This document shows positions 17,918 to 30,393 of a stretch of 64,000 bases of DNA, in pieces (the stretch's first letter is position 1; each line of letters opens with the position of its first letter). Both the position numbers and the translations under genes were made by a program. The stretch comes from an uncultured Planctomycetota bacterium (GTDB lineage Bacteria > Planctomycetota > Planctomycetia > Isosphaerales > Isosphaeraceae): positions 3,296,001 to 3,360,000 of the forward strand of contig CAVTTN010000002.1 of assembly GCA_963737655.1 (NCBI GenBank). The letters are read 5' to 3'. Under the pieces are notes generated by a model. The model did not search any database and had not been told where the DNA came from. It was given only the letters and a program-made list of their open reading frames with translations.

Positions 17918-18864
17918 ATGGGCCTCGAAAGTTCCGTCCTCGACATGCCGATGCCTTCGGCCGGGGAGGCCCCGCCGAGGCTGATTCGAACGTCCCGGCG
18001 AGGCCCGGTTTTGAGGCCCTCGCCGGCCCTGGCCGGGGTCTATGGATTGGACCTGACGGCCGGCTGCATCCACGGTTGTCCGTATTGCTACATCCGAGGC
18101 TCGTCACGCTTCCCGGGAGACGGCCGGGTCCTCTTCGACCCGTTCGTTGTGGAGCGATTGGTCGAGGCGCTCGATGGCATGGAGATGGCGCCGTCTCGCG
18201 TGGTTTTGAGCCCGTCCAGCGATCCTTTGCCACCGAGCCGGGAGGTTCGGGCCTCGGCCGTGGAGGCCGTCCGCGTCCTGATCAGTCGGGAAATCCCGGT
18301 TGTGTTGATGACCCGGGGGCGCATCCCCGGGAAGTTAGTGGACATCCTGGCGAACGAGTCCGGCGGACGAAAGTCAATTGTCTGCCTGGGGATCACGACG
18401 CTCGACCGCTCCCTGAGCCGACGCCTCGAACCGCGGGCGGGCTCCCTACGGGAAGGCTCAGCGACCTGGCCCGACTGGTCGAGGCGGGGGTTGAGGTCGA
18501 AGCTCGACTGGAACCCTTGATTCCCGACCTGACCGACACGACCGAGAGTCTCCGCCCGTTGCTGTCGGCCCTGGCGAGGGCCGGGGCCCGGCGGGTCGTC
18601 GCGCATTCGTTATTCCTTCACCCCGCGATGACCGAATCGCTCGATGCGACACTCGCCCCTCTGGGCCTGACCGAACGGCTGCACGATGCTTACGAGGGCG
18701 GTCACGCGTTCCGTCTCGGCAGCATCGGCATGACCAAGCACCTCCCTCTGGAGGCCCGACGTCTCGCGCTGGCCCGTTTGATCGCCCTGGGGGCCCAGTT
18801 CGGCCTGACCGTCACGACCGGGGCAGCGCAGAATCCGGACCTCCCGCTCGTTGAGCCCGTTTGA
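17918..18864 (+). CDS. Radical SAM protein (spore photoproduct lyase-like), frameshift near 18450
   Basis: GCIHGCPYCY (CxxxCxxC), SDP, GITTLD..LEPRA in one frame; RLEPLIPDLTD continues in another. Confidence 0.8.
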
Positions 18865-18891
18865 TCAGGCCGCTCGGGTCCATTTCCAGAA

Positions 18892-20087
18892 TTACTTCGG
18901 CGGGATGAGCAATTCCAGGTCGCGGACATGGATCAACCGTGCCTGGAGGTCGTCGTCATACCGCGCGTCGCCCGAGACACCCACACGGTGGGCAAGAAGC
19001 GATCGGTACGGAATGCCTGGAGGGACCAGGAGAAAGGCCGCAACCGCTCCATCATCGCCAATCACCGCCAGGAGGCGTCGCCCCTCGGATTCCCGGGCCG
19101 AAGTCTGGAGCAACCCCGTGGCCTCATAAGGGGATGGGTCCGCGGCGGTCCTCGCCATGCTGGCGGCGGCCCGGGCCGATCGCGTCCCGCCGTCCCGGTC
19201 TCGGCTCTTCTGGATCAAAGCAGAGACCCGGCGGGCCGCCTCGGCCGCCTTCACCTGCCGGCCGAGATGGTCCAACCTCCGGCGGACCAGGCTGGCCTCC
19301 TCCGCCGACGGGTTCCTCGCGAGGATCGACTCGTACGCGGCCTTCGCGGTCGCCAGATTCCAGGCATCCATCGGCCCGGAGAGGCCCCGTTCATGGAGGT
19401 CCGAGGCCCGGCCAAAATTCGACGCAAACTCGGCCGAGAACGTAGCGGGATCGCCCAAAGGCCCTATCCTGGCGAGATTTCGGTCGATCGGTCCCGGCGA
19501 GATCGGCGTCCGGGGATCGTCCGAAGGGGGTGGAAGCATAAGCGACGACGCGAGGGAAGCGCGACGGCCGGGAGGCTGGGCGTCGGGTTCAGGCGCAAGA
19601 TCCGAGAGGTCATCCAGGCGGACAAATCGCCGCTCGTCCCGGGGTGGGACGATGGCCTTCCAGGTTCGCGATTGTCCCGACTGCCGGAGGACCAGCGGCT
19701 TTTGATCGAGTAGGCGGACGAGGCTGCCCCGGGTTAGCCTGACCCCGGGGGGGCCCGGCAGGCGAGCGCCCGCCCGGCCGGGCCTGACCGCCGCGACCCT
19801 GGCGGTAATCCGCGCGCGTGACCCGTCGATTTCCTCGATCTGGTCGTCCTCGATGAGACTGAAGGCCCCCGGAGGAGGCTCGATCTCGGCCCAGCCGCCG
19901 GGGACCTCGTCGCGGACCACCACGCGAGTTCCGACCGTCAGCCGGCCGGTCGAAAATGCCGCATCATCGGGTGAAACCAGGACTTCCACCGAGTCTTCCC
20001 GGGCATATGCAACGCGCGTGCGACCCCCGGCCGGGCCGGAGGGGCCGCGAGGATCGCCACCGCCACGAGCCACCCAGGACTAGTCAT
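18892..20087 (-). CDS. Exported SH3-like domain protein, probable frameshift near 20030
   Basis: Signal-like MTSPGWLVAVAILAAP at 20087 is in a different frame from the body (GRLTVGTRVVV...GGWAEIEPPPG, SH3b-like; C-terminal OB-like region). Confidence 0.65.
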
Positions 20088-20277
20088 GACCGGCCATGAT
20101 GTCTTCCCCGCGACCCGGTCGAAGGACCGGACCTGTCGCGAACCGGCGGTATAGTCGTCTTCGATCCAACCGTCAACCCCGTCCGTCGGACGAGAAAAGA
20201 TCGATCGCCGGGGTGTTTTGTGCCGATCATTCGGGTTGCGACGAGTGGCCGGTGCGGGGTGGATCGGAGGGCGATTC

Positions 20278-20789
20278 ATGAGGCGATTCTTCCGATTCCG
20301 AGCGGACACGACCCGACGCCGGTCGGCGGTTCAGGTTGCGGTCCTCGGCCTCGAAAACCGTTTCATGCCCTTGACTTACATCTCGCTGATGACCGTGACG
20401 CCCAATATCCTCAACCCGCCGAACAACCGATTCGTGAAGGTCGAGGTCAAGGGCACCATCGTCGAGACCAAGACCACGGTGCCCAAGGTGCAATATCATA
20501 TCGTCGATGAATACCGGCGGATTGAGCCTCGGGCCCGGTTTCGATCACCAAGACCGCGCCGAACGCCTATAGCTATGACTTCACCGTCGTCCTCCAGGCG
20601 AAACGCTCGTCGGTGGATTATTCCGGGCGGCAGTACTATGTGATCATGGGGACGGAGGACAACGAGAATTCCGAGGGGCAGACGTTGCCGATCATCGTGC
20701 CTTATAACACGTTGAAGCCGGGGCAGACGATCCTGCCGCACTCGGTCACGCACCCGGTCCCGCCCAAGCACAAGCCCCACAAGAAGTGA
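20278..20789 (+). CDS. Hypothetical extracellular protein with planctomycete LE-x-R motif, frameshift near 20530
   Basis: GGAGG RBS; VLGLENRFMP, PNILNPPNNRFVKVEVKG, then shifted frame YSYDFTVVLQAKR...GRQYYV...HKK*. Confidence 0.65.
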
Positions 20790-20802
20790 CGAAACCGAGA
20801 GC

Positions 20803-21477
20803 TCAGCCCTGCCGACGCAAGGTATTGACCGTCTCATGGGCAAGCCTCGCCGGCTGAGGCAATCGCCATTTTCCCAGGGCGGATTCCACCGTCGAGACCG
20901 CGCCTTCGAGGTCGCAGAGGTGGCCCGGCGAGACGAACAGCGGCCTGGTCCGCGACCGCGATCGATATACCGCCCCGATCGTCTCGCCACGATCGATCAG
21001 GGGAGATCGATTGCCCCGCTCCGCACCGGGTTCGTCGTAAGTCCCGCAAAGTCGACTCTTGGCGCAGCCGATGGTGGGGATTTCGAGGAAGAGGCCCAGG
21101 TGCGACGCCAGGCCGAGCCGCCTGGGATGGGCGATCCCCTGGCCGTCGCAAAGGACGGCGTCGGGCGTCGTCTCCAGGCGAGCGAACGCCTCCAGGACGG
21201 CCGGGGCCTCCCGGAACGACAGCAAGCCCGAAATATAGGGGAACGGGGCGGGGGCCTTCACGCCCACGGTTTCGAGGACCTCGAATCCCGGCAGGCGGAC
21301 CACGACCACGGCCGCGAAGAGGTGAGGCGCGAACTTGTCATAGGACACATCGGCCGCGGCCAGGATCGTCGGCGGCGCGAGCGGCCGGGAGACATCGACC
21401 GACCTGGCGAGCTCAACCTGGAGCGCGCGAGCCTCCGCCGGGGTCAGGTCCCAGCCATGGAGCGGGCGGATCGTCAC
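20803..21477 (-). CDS. nfi: Endonuclease V
   Basis: AADVSY, FPYISGLLSFREAP, CDGQGIAHPRRLGLASHLG, PTIGCAKS, PLFVSPGH. GTG start. Confidence 0.95.
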   Translation of the reverse strand: MTIRPLHGWDLTPAEARALQVELARSVDVSRPLAPPTILAAADVSYDKFAPHLFAAVVVVRLPGFEVLETVGVKAPAPFPYISGLLSFREAPAVLEAFARLETTPDAVLCDGQGIAHPRRLGLASHLGLFLEIPTIGCAKSRLCGTYDEPGAERGNRSPLIDRGETIGAVYRSRSRTRPLFVSPGHLCDLEGAVSTVESALGKWRLPQPARLAHETVNTLRRQG

Positions 21478-21494
21478 GACGGGCCCTCCTCGGA

Positions 21495-22544
21495 TCAGGA
21501 GGAAACGATCGACGGGGCGAGCCCTCGGACCGCGTCGGCCGCCTTCAAGACGTCCTCTCGGGACACGTCCAGATGGGTGCAGGCGCGGAGGGTCTGCGGA
21601 CCCAGGGCGCTCATCAAAACCCCTTCGGCACGGAGCCTCGCGGAGAGGTCGGCGGCCGTCCCGAGCGACGGATCGACGGTGATCCACACCAGGTTCGTCT
21701 CCACCGGACCCGACTCCAGGCTCAATCCTTCGGTCTGCTCCACCGCTTTCGCCAGGAGCTGGGCGTTCGCATGGTCCTCGGCCAGCCGATCCACGTGGTG
21801 ATCCAGGGCGAACAACGCCGCGGCGGCGATCACTCCGGCTTGCCTCATCCCGCCGCCAAAGACCTTGCGGAGCCGGTGGGCCTTGCGAATTAGATCCTTC
21901 GGGCCGACCAGCGCCGAGCCAATCGGGGCGCCCAGGCCCTTGGAATAGCAGATGGAGACCGTGTCGAACGACGTCGCCCAGCGATCGGCCGGAATCCCCG
22001 AGGCGACCACGGCATTCATGATCCGGGCGCCATCGCAGTGCATGGCCAGCCCGTTGGACCGCGCCCAGGACGAGATGGCGGCCACGTCGTCGATCGGATG
22101 GACCCGACCCCCGGCGCGGTTGTGCGTGTTTTCGAGACAGACCAGGCGGGTCCGGGCATAATGGCCGTCGTCGGGCCGGACCTTCCCTCGGATGTCGCCC
22201 AGGGAGATCATCCCCAGGTCGCCCGGGAAGGTTCGGGCCGTCGCTCCGGAAAGGCGAGCGATCCCTCCGCCTTCCCAGACGAAAATATGGGCGGTCTCTC
22301 CGCAAAGCAGCTCGTCGCCCGGTCCGCAATGGACGCCGATGGCGATCTGGTTGGCCATCGTCCCGGAAGGGACGAAGAGAGCGGCCTCCTTGCCGAAAAG
22401 CGCCGCCGTCCTCTCTTCGAGGGCCCGAACGGTCGGGTCCTCGCCATAAACATCGTCGCCGACCTCCGCCTCGGCCATCGCTCTGCGCATGGCCGGGGTC
22501 GGTCGGGTCACGGTGTCGGAACGAAGGTCGATCGGACTGGGCAT
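21495..22544 (-). CDS. ltaE: Low-specificity L-threonine aldolase
   Basis: [57 protein letters not shown]. Confidence 0.94.
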   Translation of the reverse strand: MPSPIDLRSDTVTRPTPAMRRAMAEAEVGDDVYGEDPTVRALEERTAALFGKEAALFVPSGTMANQIAIGVHCGPGDELLCGETAHIFVWEGGGIARLSGATARTFPGDLGMISLGDIRGKVRPDDGHYARTRLVCLENTHNRAGGRVHPIDDVAAISSWARSNGLAMHCDGARIMNAVVASGIPADRWATSFDTVSICYSKGLGAPIGSALVGPKDLIRKAHRLRKVFGGGMRQAGVIAAAALFALDHHVDRLAEDHANAQLLAKAVEQTEGLSLESGPVETNLVWITVDPSLGTAADLSARLRAEGVLMSALGPQTLRACTHLDVSREDVLKAADAVRGLAPSIVSS

Positions 22545-22603
22545 CGTTCGAATCTCGGAAGGTGCAGGAGACGCGCCGGCTTCGATCCCCGGCCCGAGCC
22601 GTC

Positions 22604-24451
22604 TCAATCGCCGATCCAGGCCTTCAAGTGGGCCTTCTGGGCCTCCGACGCATCGGGCCGGACCTCCAGGGCCCAGCTTTCGGCCGGCTCGGTGCCGAAG
22701 GTGGCGTCGAGCCGGACGAGCTTCTCCCGGCGGGCGACGAGCACGGAAACCTTCTCGTTCGGGCGGAACTGCTCCATGCGGTCGGACCACTGCTCGGGAA
22801 TGATGCGAAAGTCCTCGATCCCGACGATCTCATCGCCCACGTTGAACCCGGCGGCGGCCCCCGGGGTCTCTCGGCGCACCGTCGTGACCATCAGCCGTCC
22901 GTTCTCGGCCTTGGTCACCAGCCCGAGCCACGCCCTGGGCGGCTTGCCGTCCTTGGGTTTCTCCTTTTCCTTGAAGCGAAGGCCGTACCAGTCGAGCGCG
23001 TCGGCGAAGTCGAGCTCGTCGGTCGTCTCCAGGGCCCGATGGAACCACTCCGCAAGGTCGATCCCGGCGACCTCCGAGGCCAGCGCGCGGAACTCGGCCG
23101 ACGTGTACCCCTTTTCGCCGGAAAACCGGTCGAAGGCGATCCTCATCACGTCGTCCAGCGACCTCCGGCCGTCGGTGGCCCGGCGGATCCTGGCGTCGAG
23201 GAGGAAGCCGACGACGGCCCCCTTCGCATAATAAGACACTCCGGTGTTCCGGGTGTTCTCATCCGGGCGATAGTACTTGATCCAGGCGTCATACGAGGCC
23301 GTTTCGAGCGGCTGGACCTTGCGGCCGAAGGTCATCTGGAGTTGGCCAATCTCCGTCGGCGCCTCGTCGCCTCCGGGCTTGCCCGACGGCTCCTGGCCGA
23401 GGTATTGCTCTCGGGTCGAGAGGCCCGCTCGCCGGACCAGCAGGCGGCCGTAGTACTCGGTCAGGCCCTCGGCGATCCAGAGGGACTTCGTGTGGACCTC
23501 GTTCTCGTAGTCGAACGGCCCGAGCTCGACGGGACGGAGCCTCTTGACGTTCCACACGTGAAAGAATTCGTGACTGACGAGGTCCAGCCACGACCGATAC
23601 GCCTTGGACGTCCGGGTGGCCCATCGGCTGGACATCAGGACCGTCGAATCCTTGTGCTCCAGCCCGCCGCCGGCCTCGACCAGCAAGTTGAAGAAGTGAT
23701 AATGTTCATACGGAAGCGATCCCCAGAGCTTGCGATGCTCGCGGACGATCGCCTCGACGTCCCGGGCCGAGCGGGGGCCGTCCCACACCCCCCCTTCCCC
23801 CTCGTTCACCAGGAAATGCCGCTTGCCATCGACGGTGAACTCATAGACCGTCGGGTTGCCCGCGACGATCGGGCCGTCCACCAGCGCGTCATAATCGGCG
23901 GCCAGATAATGATGGGGGGCGCCATCGGGCGCGGCGGGAAGGCCCGTCAAGCTCTTCAGCCAGCCGGCCGGGAACTCCAGGCGGACGTCATGCGGCCTCG
24001 GAGGCGAATCGGCGAGGGTCAGGAACGTCGGGGCGCCGTTGAGGAGTGCGAACGAGGCATCGACCCAGTTGGTCCGGACCGACATCTCCCGGCAATACAC
24101 CCGATAGTTCAGGACGACCGTCTCGGCCCCCTCCGCGCGGATTTTCCAGCGGTTTTTCCGCACTTTTTCGACGGCCAGGGGCTTTCCTTCCGGCGTCTTC
24201 GCCGACAGTCCCTCCACGTTCCGGGCGAACTCGCGGACGAGGTACGAGCCGGGCGTCCAGACCGCCATCATCGCGACCACTTCGGCCTTCCCCTCGGTCG
24301 GGAACGACGCCTCGACCTCGACGTAATGCGTCTTCGGATCGGGGAATCGGACGACGTAGCGAATCGGCGAAGGAGCGGGCGGCATGGCGAATCCGAGGAC
24401 CAAGGCGGCGGCGAGGGACGAACTCATAAAAGGCCCCAAATGCGTCATCAT
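22604..24451 (-). CDS. M61 family glycyl aminopeptidase with PDZ domain
   Basis: [46 protein letters not shown]-terminal PDZ. Confidence 0.93.
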   Translation of the reverse strand: MMTHLGPFMSSSLAAALVLGFAMPPAPSPIRYVVRFPDPKTHYVEVEASFPTEGKAEVVAMMAVWTPGSYLVREFARNVEGLSAKTPEGKPLAVEKVRKNRWKIRAEGAETVVLNYRVYCREMSVRTNWVDASFALLNGAPTFLTLADSPPRPHDVRLEFPAGWLKSLTGLPAAPDGAPHHYLAADYDALVDGPIVAGNPTVYEFTVDGKRHFLVNEGEGGVWDGPRSARDVEAIVREHRKLWGSLPYEHYHFFNLLVEAGGGLEHKDSTVLMSSRWATRTSKAYRSWLDLVSHEFFHVWNVKRLRPVELGPFDYENEVHTKSLWIAEGLTEYYGRLLVRRAGLSTREQYLGQEPSGKPGGDEAPTEIGQLQMTFGRKVQPLETASYDAWIKYYRPDENTRNTGVSYYAKGAVVGFLLDARIRRATDGRRSLDDVMRIAFDRFSGEKGYTSAEFRALASEVAGIDLAEWFHRALETTDELDFADALDWYGLRFKEKEKPKDGKPPRAWLGLVTKAENGRLMVTTVRRETPGAAAGFNVGDEIVGIEDFRIIPEQWSDRMEQFRPNEKVSVLVARREKLVRLDATFGTEPAESWALEVRPDASEAQKAHLKAWIGD

Positions 24452-24559
24452 CCCGGCGATCGTCCCATCCTAACGGCCAGGTCCTCGGGCGGGTAGGGTC
24501 TGGAATCGAGCACGAGCAAAGTCGGCCCGCAAATGACGCAGGTTACGCAGAATCCCTCC

Positions 24560-25033
24560 TCAGATCCCGCAACTCGTGCGGCCGTGCTTTTCCATGTAGC
24601 GTTGGTGGTATTCCTCGGCGCGGTAGAAGGTGGTGGCGGGTTCGATCTTCGTGACGATGGGGCGGCGGTAGTGGCCGCTGGCGTCCTGCTGGGCCCGGGA
24701 GGCTTCGGCCGCCGCTTTCTGCTCGTCGTCGTGGACGAAGATGACCGATCGGTACTGGCTGCCGACGTCCGGGCCCTGGCGGTTCGGCGTGGTGGGGTCG
24801 TGGATCGTCCAGAAGAGGTCCAGGAGCCGATCGAAGCCGACCTTTTCCGGGTCGTACTCGACCTCGACGACCTCGGCGTGGCCCGTGGTATCGGTGCAGA
24901 CGTCGCGATAGGACGGGTCCTTGAGCGTCCCGCCCTCGTAGCCCACGGCCACATCGACGACGCCGGGGACCTGCCGGAACGCGGCCTCGATGCCCCAGAA
25001 ACAACCCGCGCCGAACGTCGCTCGCCTGGTCAT
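24560..25033 (-). CDS. msrA: Peptide-methionine (S)-S-oxide reductase
   Basis: [34 protein letters not shown]. Confidence 0.96.
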   Translation of the reverse strand: MTRRATFGAGCFWGIEAAFRQVPGVVDVAVGYEGGTLKDPSYRDVCTDTTGHAEVVEVEYDPEKVGFDRLLDLFWTIHDPTTPNRQGPDVGSQYRSVIFVHDDEQKAAAEASRAQQDASGHYRRPIVTKIEPATTFYRAEEYHQRYMEKHGRTSCGI

Positions 25034-25151
25034 GATCCGGTCTCCCTGTCCCGAGGTCTCCCCTCTCGTTTTAGGGTCGAGGCCGGGGCGGGACAAGGGC
25101 CGCGCCCCCGGGTAAAATGACGGGGACTTGCCCCGCCGGAGGCCCCGATTC

Positions 25152-25577
25152 ATGATCCATGCCCAGACGTTTCACGTCCGCACCCACGGCCGGGGGACTC
25201 GCGAGATCACCGACGAGGTCCAGAGGGCCGTCAGTGAGGGGCGGATCGAACGGGGCCTGTGCCTGGTGTTCGTCCACCACACCAGCGCCTCGTTGATCGT
25301 CTGCGAGAACGCCGATCCGACCGTCCGAAGCGACCTGGAACGCTTCCTCGCCCGGCTCGTGCCCGACGGCGACCCGCTCCATCACCACTCGGCCGAGGGG
25401 CCCGACGACATGCCGGCCCACATCCGGGCCATCCTCACGACGAATTCCTTGACCCTGCCCGTGGCCGGCGGCCGGTGCGACCTCGGGACCTGGCAGGGGA
25501 TCTTCCTGTATGAGCATCGCACCGACCCCCACCGCAGGCGCGTTTCGGTCACCGTGATGGGCGATGACGGTGGCTGA
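25152..25577 (+). CDS. yjbQ: YjbQ/UPF0047 family protein
   Basis: [35 protein letters not shown]. Confidence 0.92.
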   Translation: MIHAQTFHVRTHGRGTREITDEVQRAVSEGRIERGLCLVFVHHTSASLIVCENADPTVRSDLERFLARLVPDGDPLHHHSAEGPDDMPAHIRAILTTNSLTLPVAGGRCDLGTWQGIFLYEHRTDPHRRRVSVTVMGDDGG

Positions 25578-25592
25578 CCGGCCTGGACCGAT

Positions 25593-26474
25593 TCAGGACC
25601 GACCCTGGGAGGAGTGGGTCGGCAGGCCCACGATCTCCTCGCTGAACGCCCAGAGCTTCCTGGCCGCCTCGCCATCCTCGGCGGCCCGGGAAACCCTGGC
25701 CGGTTGTTTCTGAAGATAATAACCGCCCGTGATCCCCTGGACTTCGGGCGACGTGGCGAGGTAAACGCTCGTCTCGGCCCCCTTGTCGGGACCGATCAGG
25801 AACGGCTTGACCAGGAGCCTCCAGAAGATCCCGCTCACGCCGTTTCCGCCGAGAATGTTCGTCGCCACGACTCCCGGATGCAGCGCATTGACCGTCACGC
25901 CCGTGTTTTCCAGCCTCCGGGCCAGTTCGCGAGTGAACAGGATGTTCGCCAGCTTCGACTGGGCATAGGCGCGGAACCCGGCATGGCCTCGGGGTCCGGT
26001 CAGGTTCTCGTAGTCGATCCCCAGGGTGTAATGATGCGCCTGGGACGAGACGACCACGATCCGCCCCGCCGCGTCCTTCACGCGGTCGAGGACCAGGCTC
26101 GTCAGGAGGAAGTAGGCCAGGTGATTGAGGGCGAAGGTCATCTCGATGCCATCGGCCGAGAGCTGCCTCTTGGCGAAGACGGCGCCGGCGTTGTTCACCA
26201 GGACGTCCAGCCGCTCCCACCGGGCGAGGAACTCGTCGGCGACCCGACGGACGTCGTCCTGCCGGGACAGGTCGCCGATCAGCGCCTCGACGGCCGCGTT
26301 CCCGGTGTCTCGGCGGATCGAAGCGACGGTGTGGGCCGATTTCTCGGGATTCCTGCCGACGATCACCACCGAGGCCCCTTGCGAGGCCAGCTCCCGGGCC
26401 GTGACCTGGCCGATCCCCGAGGTGGCGCCCGTGACGAGGCAGGTCTTGCCCGACATCGATGCTTCGGAATTCAT
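25593..26474 (-). CDS. SDR oxidoreductase (retinol dehydrogenase-like)
   Basis: TGATSGIG, NNAG, NHLAYFLL, YAQSKLAN, HPGVVAT. Confidence 0.92.
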   Translation of the reverse strand: MNSEASMSGKTCLVTGATSGIGQVTARELASQGASVVIVGRNPEKSAHTVASIRRDTGNAAVEALIGDLSRQDDVRRVADEFLARWERLDVLVNNAGAVFAKRQLSADGIEMTFALNHLAYFLLTSLVLDRVKDAAGRIVVVSSQAHHYTLGIDYENLTGPRGHAGFRAYAQSKLANILFTRELARRLENTGVTVNALHPGVVATNILGGNGVSGIFWRLLVKPFLIGPDKGAETSVYLATSPEVQGITGGYYLQKQPARVSRAAEDGEAARKLWAFSEEIVGLPTHSSQGRS

Positions 26475-26540
26475 GAGTTCGTCTCCCCGTTCGGGGGAGA
26501 TTGTGCGAGAGGGAGGCGGAATTGTCCAGGGGCGCGGGCC

Positions 26541-27922
26541 TCAGGCCGTGACGGAACCGGAGTAGAGCGCCTCGATCGGCGATCCCTTGGTCAGGGCGAG
26601 GGGGCGGGCCAGGCGGTCGCGGATCTCGGTCTGGGGATCGATGCCCAGGGCCGAATAGATCGTCGCCGCGAGGTCGGCCGGGGCGAACGAGGGGCTCGCC
26701 GGATAGGCGCCATTCTTGTCCGACTGGCCGATGTGCTGCCCTCCGCGGACCCCGGCTCCGGCCAGGACCGAGGTGAAGACCGCCGACCAGTGGTCGCGGC
26801 CCGGGACCGCGTTGGGCCTCTGCTTCGTGAGCTTCGGCGCCCGGCCGAACTCGCCGGTGATCACGACCAGCGTCTCGTCCAGGAGGCCGGTCGCCGCCAG
26901 GTCGTCGAGCAAGGCGGAGATCGCGCGGTCCGTCGGCGGAAGGAGGTCCTTCTTGAGCCTTCGGAAGATGTCCTCGTGGGAATCCCAGGTCTGGACCGCA
27001 CCCAGGTTCGCCTGGACGATCGGCACGCCGGCCTGGATCAGCCTCCGGGCCAGCAGGAGCGACTGGCCGTACGTGTGCCGGCCGTAGCGGTCGCGGGTCT
27101 TGGGGTCTTCTTTCGCCAGGTCGAGGGCGCGGGCGACCTTGCCGGAGAGCAGGAGCGAGTAGGCGGATTCTCGCTGGGGGGTCATCGGGTCGCCGTCGGC
27201 GGCCTCGGCCAGGCTGTCTCGCTTCGAGGCGAGCTCGTCGAGCAACCTTCGGCGCCCCTGAAGCCTCTCGACGCTGAACCCGACGGGCAGGGAGAGGCTG
27301 TCGTCCCGGAACGCGGGCGAATTCGGGTCTCGGCGGATCTGCCACGGGTCGTGACGAGGGCCGAGGAACCCCGAGTGCTGGCCGGGCCAGACCAAGGGTC
27401 CTTCCATCAGGAACGTCGGCAGCATCACGCCGCTCGGGATGCCGTCCCTCCGGGGGCGGAGGTAATCGAGCGCCGAGGCGTAGCAGGGATAATCGTCGCG
27501 AGAGGCGATCTTGTCGAACGTGGCGTTCGGCTGGGGGTGGCCGGTCAGCAGTTCGTGGGTCGCATTCAGGTGGTTCAGGAACGGATGCGACATCGACCGG
27601 ACCACGGCGAGCTTGTCGGCCCTCGCCGCAAGTCCCGGCAGGTGTTCACAATACGAAATGCCGGGCACGTTCGTCGCGATCGGCTTGTACTCGCCCCGGA
27701 TGCCCTCGGGGGCCGACGGCTTCATGTCGAACGTGTCGAGATGGCTCGTGCGCCGGTCAGGAAGACGAGCAAAACCGACTTCGCCCGAGCCGTCGGTTGC
27801 GAGACGGCCTCCGCCCTCTTCGCCAGGAGGCCCGGCAGGGTCATCCCCAGGAAGCCCGAGAAGCCCACCTGGAGGAACTCCCGGCGGACGAGGCCCCGGT
27901 CGTGGTGATGACCCGGATTCAT
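26541..27922 (-). CDS. DUF1501 domain protein, frameshift near 27750
   Basis: RREFLQVG twin-arginine-like start; FLTGG-SHLDTFDMKP restored by one base; RDRYG, WDSH, GEFGRAP, GRDHW. Confidence 0.9.
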
Positions 27923-28022
27923 GGCGGACCGTCCCCGTCTTCCTCGCGGAATTGTTTGATATCCTTCCAACATAGCCCGTCCCCGGCCGATCGGCAAGAG
28001 GGATCGGCCCGGGGTCGGCGAC

Positions 28023-28661
28023 TCAGGGTTCGAGCCGTTCGAGAATCCACGCGCCGACCTCGTCGCGACGGTAGCGGAGGCGATCGTGGAGCCGGCTGGG
28101 GCGGCCTTGCCAGAATTCGATGGCGCGGGGCCAGACTCGGTAGCCCCCCCAGTGGGGCGGCCTCGGGGGCGCGCCTTCGGGGTAGCTGCGTTCGAGGTCT
28201 CTTTGACGCTTCTCGAACGTCTCGCGGTCGGGGGCGACCTGGCTTTGATGCGAGGCCCAGGCCCCGAGCCTCGATCCCGGGGGCCGGCTCAGATAATAGG
28301 CGTCGGACTCCTCGGCCGAGACCTTTTCGACCGTGCCCTCGATGCGGACCTGGCGTTCGAGCGTCGGGTAGAACAGGACGAGGGCCGCCAGGGGGTTTTC
28401 CTCGATCTCCTGCCCCTTGCGGCTCTCATAATTGGTGAAGAACGCGAAGCCTCGCGGGTCGAACGCCTTCAGGAGGACGATCCGGGCCGACGGGCGGCCG
28501 TCGGCCGTGGAGGTGGCGAGGGTCATGGCGTTGGGCTCGGGAAGGCCGAGCGCCAGGGCCTCGTCGAACCAGACCCGGAACTGGTCGATCGGGTCGCCGC
28601 AGACCTCCGACTCCAGCAGGTGGCCCCGGGTGTATTCCTGGCGGATGTCGGAGACGCTCAT
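28023..28661 (-). CDS. pdxH: Pyridoxamine 5'-phosphate oxidase
   Basis: EPNAMTLAT, RIVLLK, FFTNYESRKG, RQVRIEG, EFWQGRPSRLHDR. Confidence 0.96.
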   Translation of the reverse strand: MSVSDIRQEYTRGHLLESEVCGDPIDQFRVWFDEALALGLPEPNAMTLATSTADGRPSARIVLLKAFDPRGFAFFTNYESRKGQEIEENPLAALVLFYPTLERQVRIEGTVEKVSAEESDAYYLSRPPGSRLGAWASHQSQVAPDRETFEKRQRDLERSYPEGAPPRPPHWGGYRVWPRAIEFWQGRPSRLHDRLRYRRDEVGAWILERLEP

Positions 28662-28735
28662 GAGACGGGTCCGGGCCGGTTGGGGGGCGGATTCCCTGGG
28701 GGATCAGATCCATCGCGACGACGATCACCACGGAT

Positions 28736-29803
28736 TCACGGGGCCGACCGAGAATCCCGGACCAGATGGGGGACGGGCTCCTCGTCCGCGAGGTGGGCGT
28801 CCCCATTTGGCTCTTGTCCGGGATTCCGAAGGCCCCGGACCTGCCGGAGGTTCGCAAGGTAGACGAACACGCTGAGGAGGCCGCTGCCGTACATGATGAC
28901 TCGATAACCGAGCATCGCCACCACGCCGCCGGAGAAGCCAACGAGGGTCCGAAAGAGGACCTCGCTGACGCCCTCGGTCACCCCGAGCGCCCCGAACGGC
29001 ATCGGGATGGCCGTCGAGAAGAGGACCAGAGGCACGACCTCGAAATGCGAGGCCAGAGACGGGGCCTCGGCGTGGAATAACGCCCGGCTGGAGCAGTAGA
29101 ACGAGACGACATACATCGCGTGGCCCAGGACGGCCATCCCCAGCGCCAGGAAGACCACGCCGAGCCGATCGCGATAGGCGGAGGCCATCGTCACGAGTTC
29201 CCCCAGAATCTTGCCAATCCGTCCCTCGGGGTGGAACACCGAAAGCAACGGGCGGTAGAGCGGAGGAGAGAACAGGACGGCCAGTCCCAGAGTCCCGGCC
29301 GCGACCATCCCCCAGGCGAAGACGATCTGGCGACGGACATCGATCGAGGCGCCGTTCCAGGCGATCGCCCCGACGATCCCCGCGAGGACGAACAGGCCGA
29401 GGAGCCCGAGGGCTCGGTCGATCACCATCGACGCCACCGCCTGAGTCTTCTTCTCCTGCTCCCGGCAGAGGAAGGCGGCCTTGATCACGTCTCCGCCGAC
29501 CGCTCCGGGGATCACCAGGTTGAACACATTGCCGATGAAGCCGAGACGGACGGCGTCGCGGACCCGGAAGGGCAGGCCCAGAGCCCGGACCAGGCGATGC
29601 CAGCGGAGGAACGTGACGAGGAGGGCCGACACGTAGACCGCCACTCCCAGGACGATCAGGCCCGGGTCGGGCTGCTTCGCCCGGACTTCCTCGATCTGGC
29701 CTCGGTTCCTCCAGACCATCACCGAGAGCAGGCCGAAGGCGAGGAGGGTCAGGACGACGTTGACGATCGCCCCGGTCCGGGAGGGCCTCGTCGGCTCGGT
29801 CAT
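28736..29803 (-). CDS. Lysylphosphatidylglycerol-synthase TM-domain (UPF0104) flippase-like protein
   Basis: RW..L, FIGNVFNLVIPGAVGGDVIKA, DRALGL, P..GALGVTE. ATGA overlap with hisB. Confidence 0.88.
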   Translation of the reverse strand: MTEPTRPSRTGAIVNVVLTLLAFGLLSVMVWRNRGQIEEVRAKQPDPGLIVLGVAVYVSALLVTFLRWHRLVRALGLPFRVRDAVRLGFIGNVFNLVIPGAVGGDVIKAAFLCREQEKKTQAVASMVIDRALGLLGLFVLAGIVGAIAWNGASIDVRRQIVFAWGMVAAGTLGLAVLFSPPLYRPLLSVFHPEGRIGKILGELVTMASAYRDRLGVVFLALGMAVLGHAMYVVSFYCSSRALFHAEAPSLASHFEVVPLVLFSTAIPMPFGALGVTEGVSEVLFRTLVGFSGGVVAMLGYRVIMYGSGLLSVFVYLANLRQVRGLRNPGQEPNGDAHLADEEPVPHLVRDSRSAP

Positions 29804-30393
29804 GACAGCGTCCCCTTGGTCGATGGCACGCCCTGAACCCTCGGGTCGATCTCGCAGGCAGACCTCAACGCCCGGGCCGACGCCTTGAACACCGCCTCGA
29901 TCACGTGATGGGTGTTCCGGCCGTAATGGACGATCGCGTGATAGTTCATCCGCCCGTGGGTCGCGACGGCCTGCCAGAAGTCGGCGGCGAGCTCGGAGTC
30001 GAAATCGCCCACGCGAGGCGTCGGCATGGCGACGTTCCAGGCCCAGAACGGCCGTCCGCCCAGGTCCACGGCGACGGTGGCCAGCGTCTCGTCCATCGGC
30101 AAGATGCAATGGCCGTACCGGCGGAGGCCCGCCTTGTCCCCCAGGGCCTTGTCGATGGCCGATCCCAGGGCGATCCCGAGATCCTCGGTCGTGTGGTGGG
30201 CATCGACGTGGACATCTCCCCGACAGGAGACCTCCAGGTCGAACAGCCCATGCTTGGCGAACAGGTCGAGCATGTGGTCGAGGAACCCGACGCCCGAGGC
30301 GACCGTCGATCGGCCGGAGCCGTCGAGGTCCAGGGCCAGGCGGATCTCGGTCTCTCGGGTCGTCCGGCGGATCTCGGCGGTTCGGCTGGCCAC
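29800..30393 (-). CDS. hisB: Imidazoleglycerol-phosphate dehydratase
   Basis: [47 protein letters not shown] start. Confidence 0.96.
   Translation of the reverse strand: MASRTAEIRRTTRETEIRLALDLDGSGRSTVASGVGFLDHMLDLFAKHGLFDLEVSCRGDVHVDAHHTTEDLGIALGSAIDKALGDKAGLRRYGHCILPMDETLATVAVDLGGRPFWAWNVAMPTPRVGDFDSELAADFWQAVATHGRMNYHAIVHYGRNTHHVIEAVFKASARALRSACEIDPRVQGVPSTKGTLS

Noticed and set aside
20803..22329. 508-aa N-terminally extended endonuclease V (likewise extended hisD, hisB, ltaE and the 674-aa ORF 28736-30760)
   Set aside because: The extensions overlap neighbouring real genes in other frames; the true starts are downstream.
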